A stretch of DNA of 63,713 nucleotides, filler included, from Stramenopiles sp. TOSAG23-2 (Eukaryota), in assembly GCA_900128395.1 (NCBI GenBank). It is 14 parts of 14 records of this genome, joined end to end, with 100 filler letters (N's around TTAATTAATTAA, not from the genome) between each part and the next. Parts side by side here need not be neighbours in the genome. Positions count along the whole stretch, not along the records: positions 20,477 to 25,484 come from LT650754.1; positions 25,585 to 30,586 come from LT650755.1; positions 30,687 to 35,683 come from LT650756.1; positions 35,784 to 40,774 come from LT650757.1; 10 more parts are not named here. One strand, written 5' to 3'. Below, piece after piece: positions 23,618 through 36,272 of the stretch. The position numbers were made by a program, and so were the translations under genes. The first letter of the stretch is position 1. Each line of letters opens with the position of its first letter. Under the pieces are notes generated by a model that was not told the DNA's origin, made no database searches, and was given only the letters and a program-made list of their open reading frames with translations.

Positions 23618-23827
23618 CTACGCCCTTTGAGGCTTCGTCTTTAATGAATCAATAATAACTTTCTCACCACCTTCACCAGCAACCCAAAGGCGCTCACGTA
23701 AATGCACTGCACCGCTTTTCAATGCTTTAGAACGTGCAGGTTCTTTTAATGAGTTTCTCATAGCTACAGATGATGCTTGTAAATATTGCAAATAACTTAA
23801 ACCAGCTGCTCTCCAAAATGTTGACAT
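23618..23827 (-). CDS. ATP15: Mitochondrial ATP synthase epsilon subunit
   Basis: WRAAGLSYLQYLQASSVAMRNSLKEP. Confidence 0.9.
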   Translation of the reverse strand: MSTFWRAAGLSYLQYLQASSVAMRNSLKEPARSKALKSGAVHLRERLWVAGEGGEKVIIDSLKTKPQRA

Positions 23828-24276
23828 GATGATTTATTTATAAATTTATTTTCTTTTTTTTGATTGATTTTTTTGTTTTTCGTACGTAGTATCTTATTTT
23901 ACTTTTTACCGTGTAAATAAACCAATATATATATATGTTATATTTCGAAACGATAATGCAAATATAAACGATGATTCATCGAAATGACCAAGGCCAAGGC
24001 GGACCTGTTTAACACCGTTGATTCATTCATTTTTTGTTGTTTTTTTTGTTGTTTTTATTGTGGGGTTTGGATCGTTTGGATATTGTACTTAGTAGTATAC
24101 TACAATGGAGGAAATATCTTCCTAGCATAATGCGTTTAACAATGCTGTGTTGATGTTATCGTCAGGGGTTTTTAAATAATAAATTGTCATTCGCCATCTA
24201 AAGTTGTATAGACTGCTTGTTTTTGCAATGCTGTGTAGTGTTATTTCGAGGGGAAATAGTTGCTTTATCGAATAGA

Positions 24277-24528
24277 TGTAAAAATATGAGGGAGGAAAAG
24301 GAGCTATTTGTACTAAGAGTATACGAAAATATGAGATATTATTTTAATACTGTGTTTATCTATTGGTGCTATTGATAGGAAGTCAATGCTGTGCGCTGCC
24401 TATTGTAAAAATATGAGGGAGGAAAAGGAGCTATTTGTACTAAGAGTATACGAAAATATGAGATATTATTTTAATACTGTGTTTATCTATTGGTGCTATT
24501 GATAGGAAGTCAATGCTGTGCGCTGCCT
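24277..24528. repeat. Two-copy 127-bp tandem duplication
   Basis: Copies start at 24277 and 24404. Confidence 0.85.
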
Positions 24529-24529
24529 G

Positions 24530-25092
24530 TTCAAGTACAAATTATATTGTCATTTGATAGGATAATATTGATAAATTAGTATATATATTCCACTAATTTC
24601 CAGACGTTCAAGCTTTCAAGTATAAATTATATTGTCATTTGATAGGATAATATTGATAAATTAGTATATATATTCTACTAACTTCCAGACGTTCAAGCTT
24701 TCAAGTACAAATTATATTGTCATTTGATAGGATAATATTGATAAATTAGTATATATATTCCACTAATTTCCAGACGTTCAAGCTTTCAAGTATAAATTAT
24801 ATTGTCATTTGATAGGATAATATTGATAAATTAGTATATATATTCTACTAACTTCCAGACGTTCAAGCTTTCAAGTACAAATTATATTGTCATTTGATAG
24901 GATAATATTGATAAATTAGTATATATATTCCACTAATTTCCAGACGTTCAGGCTTTCAAGTATAAATTATATTGTCATTTGATAGGATAATATTGATAAA
25001 TTAGTATATATATCTACTAATTTCCAGACGTTCAAGACTTTCAAGTATAAATTATATTGTCATTTGATAGGTATAATGGATAACTTAGTATA
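24530..25092. repeat. 85-bp tandem satellite, about 6.6 units, alternating A/B variants
   Basis: Units start at 24530, 24615, 24700, 24785, 24870, 24955 and about 25039. Confidence 0.92.
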
Positions 25093-25801
25093 CATTTGTC
25101 TTTAGAATTTTGAAATTTTCCGCGCGTAACTTAAAACTACTTCACAAAGGACGAAAACAAAGACAAAGACAAGTAGACCAAAACAAAACAACAACATTTC
25201 ACATAATAGATCAAGAATAATCAGATATACCAACAATAATCACACAGAAAAACAATAATTGTAACATTTTTTGTGATAAAGAAAAAAAAGATAAACACAC
25301 AGTTTTTTTTTTTTTTTTCTTAAATTAATAATTTAATAATCTACTAATTTAGTAAAAATTGACTCATTTATAAGCGCTATACTAAATTAGTACAATTCTC
25401 AAGACACATATAAGAATATGAATGATAACCATGAAGATATCATACAACAATCCAATCGACCACGTTTAGAATCGTTGGATATAANNNNNNNNNNNNNNNN
25501 NNNNNNNNNNNNNNNNNNNNNNNNNNNNTTAATTAATTAANNNNNNNNNNNNNNNNNNNNNNNNNNNNNNNNNNNNNNNNNNNNCAAATGTTCCGACAAT
25601 TGCAGCAAAAACACACATATATATAAATAACGCCTTTTAAATTTCATATATATATAATACTGTCGTCAAATGCGATGTATTTTTTTATCCTTTGCTATTG
25701 AATAAAAGAATAACAATTAATAGCATCTCTGCGCTATTTCCATTTATCCTTGAATGGCACATATTGCTTTGGAAGTGAATATATAAAATATTGTATCGAA
25801 A

Positions 25802-27742
25802 ATGCCGGGACAAGCTTCCAAACAATATGCAGTTAAAAAGACAGAAAGCGGATCAACTGTAGGTGAATTGCGAAGCAACAAGTTAAAACAACGGTGGGAT
25901 GAACTATATGAAAAACAAAAATTAACGGCTCAATTCATGGAAAGGTTAATGAGACATATTGTAGTTAAAGATGATATGGATGATAAATCAAAATTAGAAT
26001 ATGAAAGACTAATTACAGTTATCAGGTCGTTATTTATATATATGTGTGTTTTTGCTGCAATTGTCGGAACATTTGAAAATTGGTCAGCATTAAATAGTAT
26101 ATGGTGGGCATACGTTACCATAACAACAATTGGGTATGGCGATGTTACACCGGCTACCACTCCAGGGATGTTATTAACGTTACTTTACATACTAATTGGC
26201 ATGGGTTATGCAACAGAAGCAATTTCTAATGTTTTACAATATTATTTAGCTCAACTTCGTGAAACAATAAAAGCAAAAGGGCTTAAAGAGCAAATGGATA
26301 AAGAAGCACAATACGAAAAAGAAATTATTCTATCAACTACTAAAAATTTCAATCGTTTAAACACATTTTCACGGGACTCTATTGTCATTAATAATAGGAA
26401 GACTACTACTCAAAATCGTGATGACATACAATTATCAAATCAATTTTCAAAGTATTTATTGTATACCTTTGTATTAATACTTCTTTTCAGTTATTTTATG
26501 CACAGAAACGAAGGTTGGGATATTATAACTTCAGTATATTTTACATTTGTAACAACATTAACGATTGGATTTGGCGATCAAGCAAATTTTTATGGTATGC
26601 ATGGCGTAAATGTTACTAATAATGCTACTTTACAAAATAACTGCGTACAATCAAAAGGGTTTTGTATGTTTACCTCTGAAAGGAATTGTGATGGTAATTT
26701 AGAAAATATTTGCAATTGTACAATTAGCGATAAAGGAAAAATATTTATCATGATATACTGGGTTTTGAGTTTTGCAACACTTTCAAATGCTTTATCCTCC
26801 ATGCCACAACATATTTTTGAAAAATTGTATCGATTTTTCCGTTGCAAAAATAAAAAGAAAGTAAAAGTAGATTCAACAGTCAATTCAAATGTCGTTGAAT
26901 CACAAGAACCATTTGCTCGGAAATTAACGATTGCATTTGGATTATATTTACTTGTCCTTTTGTACGCTTTTCTTGGAGGATTCATTTTCGTAGCATTGGA
27001 ACCAGATACATTTGATCTTATTACTGGATTTTATTTTAGTATGGTTAGTCTCACCACCATTGGTTATGGTGATATAACACCAGTACAACCTTCCGTCCGA
27101 TTAATTTGGGTACTGTTTGTGTTAATAGGTTTTGTGTTTGTTGGTATTGTTATAAACCATTTTAATCAACTTTTTGCTAATATTGCAAGCAAAATGAAAA
27201 GAATCTGGTACAAGATTTTTCAAAAAATTGGATATAATGATGTTATACACAAAGATGAATTGCTTAATGTTTTGACAAGTGTCGTTTTTATTATATTATT
27301 TACCTTCATTAATGCCATTTTTATAGTAATTTTTGAATGTAGCGTTGATGAATATGATACTTGTGGAAATAAAGTCGAAGAATGTAAGTGGCATGTTGGT
27401 ATAGGTATCTATTTTGCTATTGTAACGATGTCGACGTTGGGATATGGAGCTACTTATTATCCAGCAACAAGACTTGGTAAAATATGGATATCGTTTTTTT
27501 CTGTGATAATATTAAGCAATTTTACATTCTTTTTGGAATCTTATATTACATATCAAGTGCAAAAATCTGTTACATTAATATCGTTGAAAATGAAATCTGA
27601 AGATTTTCAAACTGGCATGGATGATTTTCGTAAAACAATTGCTATTATCGAAGAAAAAATGACTGAAATACGAAAGAAGGAAAAAAAAAAGTTAGTAGAA
27701 GTAGAAGAGGCTGGCGATGAGGAAGTTGTCTCGACTGTATAA
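25802..27742 (+). CDS. Potassium channel (K2P-like) with four pore loops
   Basis: TTIGYGD, LTIGFGD, TTIGYGD and STLGYGA, each flanked by TM helices. Confidence 0.88.
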   Translation: MPGQASKQYAVKKTESGSTVGELRSNKLKQRWDELYEKQKLTAQFMERLMRHIVVKDDMDDKSKLEYERLITVIRSLFIYMCVFAAIVGTFENWSALNSIWWAYVTITTIGYGDVTPATTPGMLLTLLYILIGMGYATEAISNVLQYYLAQLRETIKAKGLKEQMDKEAQYEKEIILSTTKNFNRLNTFSRDSIVINNRKTTTQNRDDIQLSNQFSKYLLYTFVLILLFSYFMHRNEGWDIITSVYFTFVTTLTIGFGDQANFYGMHGVNVTNNATLQNNCVQSKGFCMFTSERNCDGNLENICNCTISDKGKIFIMIYWVLSFATLSNALSSMPQHIFEKLYRFFRCKNKKKVKVDSTVNSNVVESQEPFARKLTIAFGLYLLVLLYAFLGGFIFVALEPDTFDLITGFYFSMVSLTTIGYGDITPVQPSVRLIWVLFVLIGFVFVGIVINHFNQLFANIASKMKRIWYKIFQKIGYNDVIHKDELLNVLTSVVFIILFTFINAIFIVIFECSVDEYDTCGNKVEECKWHVGIGIYFAIVTMSTLGYGATYYPATRLGKIWISFFSVIILSNFTFFLESYITYQVQKSVTLISLKMKSEDFQTGMDDFRKTIAIIEEKMTEIRKKEKKKLVEVEEAGDEEVVSTV

Positions 27743-28314
27743 TAAGTGAGTAAAGTTATAGTCGTCAATATATATCTTTCTGATCCTGTACGTAATACAC
27801 ACTATACTACAGTAATGTTGCTAATAATAATTAATAAATAATATATACTATTTAATTTTAATTTTAATCGATTAAATATTATACATGGACACAGCATTGT
27901 TAACACATGAAATCCACCGACCACCCACCACAACAGAAATAAATTAAAAAAATATATATAAAAAAAAAACATAAAAAACAGAAGAAGAAGAAGAAGAAGA
28001 AGTAAGAAGTGTGCAAGTAAATAATAATACATAATACAGTATTTATAGTAAAATAAGAACAACATATCAATTGTTGATGTACATATATTATATTTATATA
28101 TATATATTTGCAACTGCAATCAATTATCACGCGCACTATAATTACTAGCATTTTTATATATATACATATATAATAATAAATCACAAACATTTAAAGTTCT
28201 TTGTAATATTGTCTACTACGTTCGTATACTATTTATATAATATATAATATTTTTATAAAAATAGTAGAAATTAGTGATAGTGATATCATATCCATTATTT
28301 AAAGTTCTATATAT

Positions 28315-30507
28315 ATGTCGAATAAAAGAAAATTCAATTTAATATCAACAACGCAACAAGAAGTATCATTTTTGAAAAGCCGCAAGTCATTGTTATCACC
28401 AATATCAGTAGATAGTAATAGTAATAGCAACGACATCAATAACTTGAAATATTTACGAGAAACTACAACTTACGAAAGTAAAGTATTCATGGCATCCTTA
28501 TCAACACAAACACCAAGAAGTAATAATAATAATACGAGTGAGGATAATCAATCCACCTCTTCAACACCAATTTGGAATGCTGCTAACACAGTTGCGCCAT
28601 TTCGTCCAGAGAAAATTACATTACCGTTAGTGCTTACACCCATTGAGAAAAAACTATTTGATTTATTTAAACGTACAAATGTGAAGAATAATTTAAAAAC
28701 GACTATACGTGTAGCTGGTGGTTGGGTACGTGACAAATTAATGGGAAAAGACAATGATGATATTGACCTTGCACTTGATGATATGACAGGGGCACAATAT
28801 GCTAAAATGGTACATGACATGGTCATAGAGGAAGATGGAGGCGAGACCGTGAACAATGATGGGACGAAAAACGTTAGTCGAATAGGCATCATCAAGGCTA
28901 ACCCAGATCAAAGCAAACATTTAGAAACGGCAACTATGTTCATATATGGTCAAGAATTAGATTTTGTAAATTTACGATCGGAGACATATACGGATAATAG
29001 TCGTATACCTGAAATGACATTTGGAACTGCGTTAAACGATGCATCAAGGCGTGATTTTACTATCAATGCATTATTTTATAACGTGAATACTGATACGGTG
29101 GAAGATTTGACAGAGCACGGTATAAGTGATTTAAAAGACGGCATTTTACGCACACCGTTGGATCCATTAACAACGTTTGCTGATGATCCATTGCGTATAT
29201 TACGAGCTATTAAATTTGCTAGTCGATATGCATTTCGTTTAGAAGAGCGTATTATAAATGCAGTTTCTGTTGACGAAGTGAGATTAGGTATTACTACTAA
29301 ATGCAGCCAAGATCGAGTAGGTAAAGAATTATCATCAATGCTTTCATGCAAACGCCCCGTACTTGCATTCAGAATGATCGATGAATTAAATTTATGGCCG
29401 GTCGTTTATGGTATATACGATAAAGATTTTCAAAAGTTAGTGATATATAATGGGAAAAAAGATGAGGATGGAAAGAATTTAATAGAATTTAAACCAGATT
29501 TACATTTTTGGATAAATCAATTTACTTTATGTGTATCGTATGCAAAGTTATTAGGATGGGTATGGCATTCGTTCTCAATATCAGAAAATAAAGTACCATG
29601 GAACATGGTCTCAACATGGTCCAACTACAATGGCGTTGAAGAATTGAAAGGCCAAAAAATACCAATATTACGATGCAAAGAAATTGCTGATACTGTAAAG
29701 AATCAAAACAATGGTAATGGCGTCGTTGCATATGGTTATGGAAAAAAATCAAATGAATTAAAAGAAAAAGATCTGCGAAAAGTATTATTTTTAACTGTAT
29801 TGGCTTTGCCATTTGAAACATTGTTGTATAAAAAGAAGAATAAACAACCGAAATTAATTGAATATCTTTTATTAAATTCATTGAAAGCTACAACGAAAAA
29901 TTTACACAATGTTCAAATATTATTAAAATGTAGTTTAGCCTTTCAAAGTGAGGCTCAAAAAATTTATTTAAATAAAATAAAGAATGAAGGAAAATCAACT
30001 ACACGTGCAGATATAGCATTTATCTTAAATGATGCAAAAAGCTTATGGCCATATGCTTTAGACATTGCGATGATTCGCGATTTAATAAAAATTAATGGTT
30101 GGAGTATATTGTACAATAACGATGAAATTAATTTTTTTAAAAATAATAGTAATGATAATAATAATAATAATAATAATAAAACAAATTCGATGAAAACAAC
30201 AGCCAATGAGGACAAGAACAACAACAACGACGGCGACAACGACAACAACAACGTGAAACAAATCGACGAAAAGTTATTTAATGAGTTTATTAAAAAATAC
30301 CAATTATTGTATGAATATATCGAAAATGAAAATATTGATTGTATATGGTTGGATAAACCACTTATGGATGGAAAAGTATTGATGAAACAATTAGATTTAA
30401 AGCCTGGTCCCGCTATTCGTGTCATGATGGAGAAAATGAAACGTTGGCAATATAATAATCCAAATGGTATAATGGAAGAATGCAAAGCTTTCTTATTAAG
30501 TACGTAG
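28315..30507 (+). CDS. CCA1: CCA-adding tRNA nucleotidyltransferase
   Basis: RVAGGWVRDKL, DIDLALD, DASRRDFTINAL, DDPLRILRA. Confidence 0.9.
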   Translation: MSNKRKFNLISTTQQEVSFLKSRKSLLSPISVDSNSNSNDINNLKYLRETTTYESKVFMASLSTQTPRSNNNNTSEDNQSTSSTPIWNAANTVAPFRPEKITLPLVLTPIEKKLFDLFKRTNVKNNLKTTIRVAGGWVRDKLMGKDNDDIDLALDDMTGAQYAKMVHDMVIEEDGGETVNNDGTKNVSRIGIIKANPDQSKHLETATMFIYGQELDFVNLRSETYTDNSRIPEMTFGTALNDASRRDFTINALFYNVNTDTVEDLTEHGISDLKDGILRTPLDPLTTFADDPLRILRAIKFASRYAFRLEERIINAVSVDEVRLGITTKCSQDRVGKELSSMLSCKRPVLAFRMIDELNLWPVVYGIYDKDFQKLVIYNGKKDEDGKNLIEFKPDLHFWINQFTLCVSYAKLLGWVWHSFSISENKVPWNMVSTWSNYNGVEELKGQKIPILRCKEIADTVKNQNNGNGVVAYGYGKKSNELKEKDLRKVLFLTVLALPFETLLYKKKNKQPKLIEYLLLNSLKATTKNLHNVQILLKCSLAFQSEAQKIYLNKIKNEGKSTTRADIAFILNDAKSLWPYALDIAMIRDLIKINGWSILYNNDEINFFKNNSNDNNNNNNNKTNSMKTTANEDKNNNNDGDNDNNNVKQIDEKLFNEFIKKYQLLYEYIENENIDCIWLDKPLMDGKVLMKQLDLKPGPAIRVMMEKMKRWQYNNPNGIMEECKAFLLST

Positions 30508-31016
30508 TAACAAGTGTAAGTGAAAGTTTAGATCTTTTATCTGAGTGCCTGATTTTGCATTCTTTCAAATTTTATTATCTTTGTATNNNNNNNNNNNNNN
30601 NNNNNNNNNNNNNNNNNNNNNNNNNNNNNNTTAATTAATTAANNNNNNNNNNNNNNNNNNNNNNNNNNNNNNNNNNNNNNNNNNNNAATAGTAGTAGAAG
30701 ATGGAGAAAGTTTTTCATACCGAGAACTTTGACTGCGCTGTGTAGCATATGTTCGGAACTCGGTACTTTCAATTATAATTTATGGTTCTTCGGGGTATAA
30801 AATATTTTTATATTGAACGGAAAAAATATATGTATTTTATGTGTATGGGCGTTAAAAATTAAACCAGGATATGTTTGCGACAATACGAAGTATATATAAA
30901 AATATTTCTTTTTTTAAAATTATACGCTCTTCGTATAATATTTTTAAAAAGATTTTCTCGTAAAAACAATCAAAAACAAAAACTTTGTATTTAAAATGGC
31001 TTTGCGTCACCATCAA

Positions 31017-31862
31017 TTACGTATCATTTTCCCCTCCTTCACCATTAAACGTATCAACAACATCTCGCATTAACAACGCTGCTGCCATTTGACCGGGTGC
31101 TTTATTTGAAATTTCTAACCAAAAGCAATGGTAAAAGAAAGCCAATAATACAACTGTGACTGGAATGGCTTTATAACAGTCCGTGATCACAGATCCCAAT
31201 CCTATTGCAACCATCATAGTACCAAAACTAAACATAGATGATAAAACTATATATGCCACTGGTGCGGAATGTTCAATGTACTTTACTCTTGAGCCTGGTG
31301 TAATAAGCCAAAAAGTTAAATGCGTGTAGAAACGCATAGTTGCATATGTAAGAATTGCGCTAGTCACAAATGAAACACTTATCATAAACATATAAATCAG
31401 TTCTATCCAAAAAACAACGGTTTCGCCAAACAAATTCAAAGTTTTTATTCCAGCTGTAGGCGTTTCCATTACCATTGGACCTGTAATTGACATTAATAAT
31501 GCGCCAACAACTACCATATTAACGAAAAGGTTTTGAACCGATTGTATTAAATTTTCTGATTTTTTTCTCTGGTCATCAGTCTCCATATCTTCTTTCACTT
31601 TAAATGTTTCTGGTGCAAGTGTTAGGAACGTCCGAAGCAATAAAGAAAATCCTTCTACACCACCTTGGACACCTACGATATGGACGCGTTGGTCATTTGG
31701 CAATTTACCAACACCATTCCAGGTAAAATGCGTATTTTTCTCTACCACTTGTATTAATTTTGTTCTTGCAATTTTCCAATTTGATAGTGTTTTCGCTTGC
31801 TCATCCGTCCTGCCCGCTTTTGCATCGACATATTCACCTGGCGCAACTACCGTCTTGCTCAT
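31017..31862 (-). CDS. Hypothetical membrane protein, about 4 TM segments
   Basis: Long ORF with several hydrophobic helices. Confidence 0.6.
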   Translation of the reverse strand: MSKTVVAPGEYVDAKAGRTDEQAKTLSNWKIARTKLIQVVEKNTHFTWNGVGKLPNDQRVHIVGVQGGVEGFSLLLRTFLTLAPETFKVKEDMETDDQRKKSENLIQSVQNLFVNMVVVGALLMSITGPMVMETPTAGIKTLNLFGETVVFWIELIYMFMISVSFVTSAILTYATMRFYTHLTFWLITPGSRVKYIEHSAPVAYIVLSSMFSFGTMMVAIGLGSVITDCYKAIPVTVVLLAFFYHCFWLEISNKAPGQMAAALLMRDVVDTFNGEGGENDT

Positions 31863-32369
31863 ATTTTCCACAGGACCTGTTATATCTTCTCAACACGAAT
31901 ATCTGATCTAAATGTTTATAATCATCACATCCAGATTTACAACCATCTCATGCGAAACACTTTTGCATGTGTGCAATTATAATGTACATAAATATATACC
32001 CATATCCATATAAATAAAATAAAAAAAACATGAAGAGACACGAGACACGAGACAAAAATCCAAAGGGTGTTAAGGTAATCTAGGTCCTAGACTTTTCTTT
32101 AGTGTTAATTAAGGTATATTCAGCAGAAGAAATTTTTTTGTTGCTTTTTTTACTTTTTTGGATAAATTCGTTACATACACACAAATATACTTACCTGTAT
32201 AAATATACAATCAGTAAATTGCAATTCAGTAAAAGAAGAGAATAGAAGTATATAGAAGATTTATATTACATAAGAACAGGTACATAATATTGATACATAG
32301 CATCTGTCTTCGATTTCAGTGAGATAGATATATAATCTGTATTAATATTATTGGCTTCTTGTGGTTGAT

Positions 32370-32690
32370 TTATTCTTTGGTGGAGAGTGGATTTGAATTA
32401 TCCGTTGCTTGCCATGGTGGATTTAACCAGGATGTTTCTCTAGGGTCACCATGTGTACGATGATGTATATTTGATAATTGGTTCACATCTAATAATGCTA
32501 TTGATGATGGACGACGATGTTTTTGTTGTTGCTGCTTGGACTTGTAATATTGATGAAGTAAATGATGATTCTTATTATTATTCTTATTATTACTATTACT
32601 AGTAGGCATACCTCTTAATTGTTTCGCATCTATCTCTACAATTGTTGATATTATTACCATCACTATCACTATTGATATAAAGTAATACAT
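32370..32690 (-). CDS. Small secreted protein or first exon
   Basis: Signal-peptide-like N-terminus followed by QLRG and poly-N/Q. Confidence 0.45.
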   Translation of the reverse strand: MYYFISIVIVMVIISTIVEIDAKQLRGMPTSNSNNKNNNKNHHLLHQYYKSKQQQQKHRRPSSIALLDVNQLSNIHHRTHGDPRETSWLNPPWQATDNSNPLSTKE

Positions 32691-33524
32691 TCTGATCGTT
32701 TTAAAATGATCTCGTCTATCTGTTGTTAGCTATTGTATATCTATCTTTCTTTCATCTTTACTCTCCACTCTATCTACCATCTTCTACACACATTTTACAC
32801 ATAACAATATATATATTTCATCCTGAGTAAAATTAGCAGGTAAATACGCTTGTAAAAGTGAATTTATGCCTCCTCCGTTTTTTTATTTATTGCATTTGTC
32901 ATATCTCCCACCTCAAAATTAACTTACTCAAAGGTCCAAATCGATGTATTTTAATTATAAATTTCCATAATAGGTTGCGCAAATCGTGTTTTCTGCCGCA
33001 GAATCCTCTGCCGGCCGGCAATCCTTGTTATATTAATACACTAATTTTAGCTAATATTGCTACTACACTCTTTCATAGGTAAAGAATTTTACCAAAAACA
33101 AAAAAAAATAATTAAAAATCCATTTTCTTTTGTAAAAATTAAGCATTCGATATGGGTATTTGGACTTCTTAGAGGCCGATTTCGATGATGCCTAATGAAA
33201 AATGAGCTATATAGGGAGCCTTATTTAGCTAGTATAGTAAAATCATTACTACTGCTGCTAAAAAAAATTTTTTATTTTTTTTTTTTTTTTATTATTTCTT
33301 CATTAAATTTTGGCAACTTTGGATGAGAGGGGACATTTATATATATGTACGAACATGTGTGTGTCTGTCTGTCGTTCGGTCTGTCTGTCTCAAGGGAAAA
33401 TATATCATATGGAAAGGACAATTCATACTTAACGTATATATATATAAACTATATTTATTGAAATGTTTAACATGCATAAGATCATGGCTTCTTCTCTCCT
33501 TCCTCTGATTGTTGGAATGGTAAT

Positions 33525-34472
33525 ATGTATATTATCACCAATAGTAGTAGTAGTACCGCTAAAAATGCAACAAAGGCTACAAAAGAATGTTCCATAGAAT
33601 ATAAAAAATTAGCATTACAACGTGCTAAGACTGCAAATATTATTCTAAATGTCACAAAAAAATTAAAAAAAGACTTTCATGAAAATAATTTACCTACAGA
33701 AGGCCTTGAAAAACATTTTCCATCCAATAATAATGAAACTGAAAATACATTAAATGATACGATGGCGTTTATTGAAATGACGGATACAGACACGATGGTT
33801 GTTGTTGATTCAGCAAAATCTAGAGAAGTTTTAAGTGCATTTGTGGAAGAATCATTTATGAATCATCAAATGGGTATGTCAAGAGTACGCATAAGAAGCG
33901 ATCAATGGGATGAGTTACGTGCAACGGGTGATCCGAAACGTCCCAAAAGTCCGTTAGGATATACCCAAAAAACGATTGTATTTAAATTATCTCATAGTTT
34001 AACAACTGAACTCAGCGAGCAATTGACACGTTCTTTGACAACCCATTTAACTAATTATTTGAATTTAGTTTTAAGTGATGCTGTGAATGAAAAAGCACCC
34101 AATCTAGCTGGAAAAGAAGTCATACGAATGGTAGTGCCAGGTATATCAAATGCAATATCATATACATCGACTGTGGTAATGCTTCGATTATTACCATTAT
34201 TCCTAACATCAGCTTTGGACAATGTGTTGACAAATACATTGACGAAAGCAATTACGCATACTTTATCATCATCATTGACACATACATTGAAATATAGCCC
34301 AGACCAAGAATCGCTATGTTACAATTGCCGTGCGCTGAATAAAGATTGTGACAAATGCCGTGTTAGCTGGAAAGCAGAAGAAACTGCTGAATTTTATTTA
34401 AATCATGATGCTAGTTATTTTAGCGATTATTATTCATTGTATTATACAGGTGTTGGCAATCCTAGGCCGTGA
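33525..34472 (+). CDS. Hypothetical helical protein with Thr/Leu periodic repeats and a Cys cluster
   Basis: 315-aa ORF; LTxxLT repeats; CYNC..CDKC. Confidence 0.6.
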   Translation: MYIITNSSSSTAKNATKATKECSIEYKKLALQRAKTANIILNVTKKLKKDFHENNLPTEGLEKHFPSNNNETENTLNDTMAFIEMTDTDTMVVVDSAKSREVLSAFVEESFMNHQMGMSRVRIRSDQWDELRATGDPKRPKSPLGYTQKTIVFKLSHSLTTELSEQLTRSLTTHLTNYLNLVLSDAVNEKAPNLAGKEVIRMVVPGISNAISYTSTVVMLRLLPLFLTSALDNVLTNTLTKAITHTLSSSLTHTLKYSPDQESLCYNCRALNKDCDKCRVSWKAEETAEFYLNHDASYFSDYYSLYYTGVGNPRP

Positions 34473-34748
34473 GGTGTGTGAGAGAGAAATGTGGGGTGTG
34501 CGTGTGTGTGTGGCGGGTTAATTTTAAAATACTAATATAATATATATATATATATTTTAATATGTCTCATGCTGATATTTACTCCAGCATATCTTGAATA
34601 CGAGTACATTTATATACTCGTAAAAATAAATATTTTAATTTATAAAAAGATACGTAATTTTTATTTAAAAAAAATACGCGCGTTAAGAATATTATTTGCA
34701 ACACTCTAAACACGCTCAGTCTAAATATGATACTCCATGTTTCACTAT

Positions 34749-35683
34749 CTAAAAAGGTGATACTTGATCTGGTGGTGCATTACCTCCACAACCTCCATCC
34801 TCTGCATTTGCCATGCCACCAATTTCTCTGCTTTGTTTGATACGATTCATACCTAATGTAATGAAATATTCAGATACAAATGTAAGATCAGCTTGCTTAA
34901 TTGGTGCTTTATTTTTTTTCCAATGAAGTTTTGTTGATGAAAATGCCCCACCCCAAGAACTTTTTGATTTTGATATTACAAAAATATCCTCAGCCATTTT
35001 AAATGCCACGTCCGTTTTAACAAGCACAATATTCATTTCTTCGCACGCGGTATTTCTGTTTAAGAAGATTTGGAAATTTTTAACATTTCCACCTTTTCCA
35101 ATGTCAAAAACATTTTCAGCAGCATTCCATGTGTTAGCCCCGGTGTACAATCCCCATCTTACAATTTGATTCACTGCATCCTTATGTTTTGATGGTACTT
35201 TTACAACACTTTTCAACATGTCTTTCATAAACGATGTAAAATATTTCGTTGGTAAACCTGATGTTACCGTAATTGTTGTCCTTTCATTGAAATGACTAAA
35301 TCCACGATCTTGAAATTGGCCAACCAATGATTCGCTTGATTTTTTACCAAATAAATTCAAAATACCTTGAACAGCTCCTGTTGCACCACTTACAGAAGAT
35401 GTTAATGCATCAAATGCACCAAGAAAATTTAAATTACGTCCTTTTCTCAAGTTAGTTTTTTTTTGAATTGCTTTTAAACGTCTTACAAAATTTCCCGGTG
35501 TGGAAAATTTTTCGATCGATTGATGAGTAGTAAATTGATGCCATTTATGGTCAAATTTTTTAAATCCTTGTAACGTAGCTTGCATATCAAGTGCCTCCCA
35601 TTCACCTGGTGTATACCCATGTGGCTGCCCAACTTGTTCATCCCAGTTGTATTCAGCACCTGCTTTGTATGGTCCTTTGTTGT
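34749..35683 (-). CDS. Hypothetical protein, probably 5'-truncated
   Basis: 278-aa ORF whose frame appears to continue toward the contig edge; host-like codon use. Confidence 0.65.
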
Positions 35684-36272
35684 NNNNNNNNNNNNNNNNN
35701 NNNNNNNNNNNNNNNNNNNNNNNNNNNTTAATTAATTAANNNNNNNNNNNNNNNNNNNNNNNNNNNNNNNNNNNNNNNNNNNNTTCCGGATTAACAGGTA
35801 CACAGGACTGGTTATTGGCAATGAACAAATAACCAGTGCTGTGTAGGCGCATCACTTTTATGGATAATGGACCCGATTAGGTCTGAATAGCATTATAGTA
35901 GGGTTTTAGAATGTCATTAAGTCTTATACACTATTATATATTATACTTAATTATCACCTATGTTATTGTATTTACTATCGACATAGCATTGTGAACCATG
36001 ACTTTTTTAAATTTGTTGATCCATCACTCTACCAGAGTACCATGGAGTACCATCATCACTCGTCCAACCTCATCACTCATCATGTCGTTATTAACTTATA
36101 TAACTAACTTATTATATATATATATTAGCTATATTATTCGACATATATATTCGAACATGAGATCCGATCCCAGGGAGATGGAAAGGCACGGAGAGGGAGG
36201 TAAGAGATTATCAATAATATTGAATATATAATCAAAAAAGACGAATGACCGAACAGGAAATAAAATCCCAAG

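Noticed and set aside
24530-25092. Possible CRISPR array
   Set aside because: Contiguous tandem units with no spacers
25585-25632. 48-bp inverted copy of K+ channel coding sequence (26028-26075) at the contig start
   Set aside because: Typical MDA fold-back chimera at a contig end
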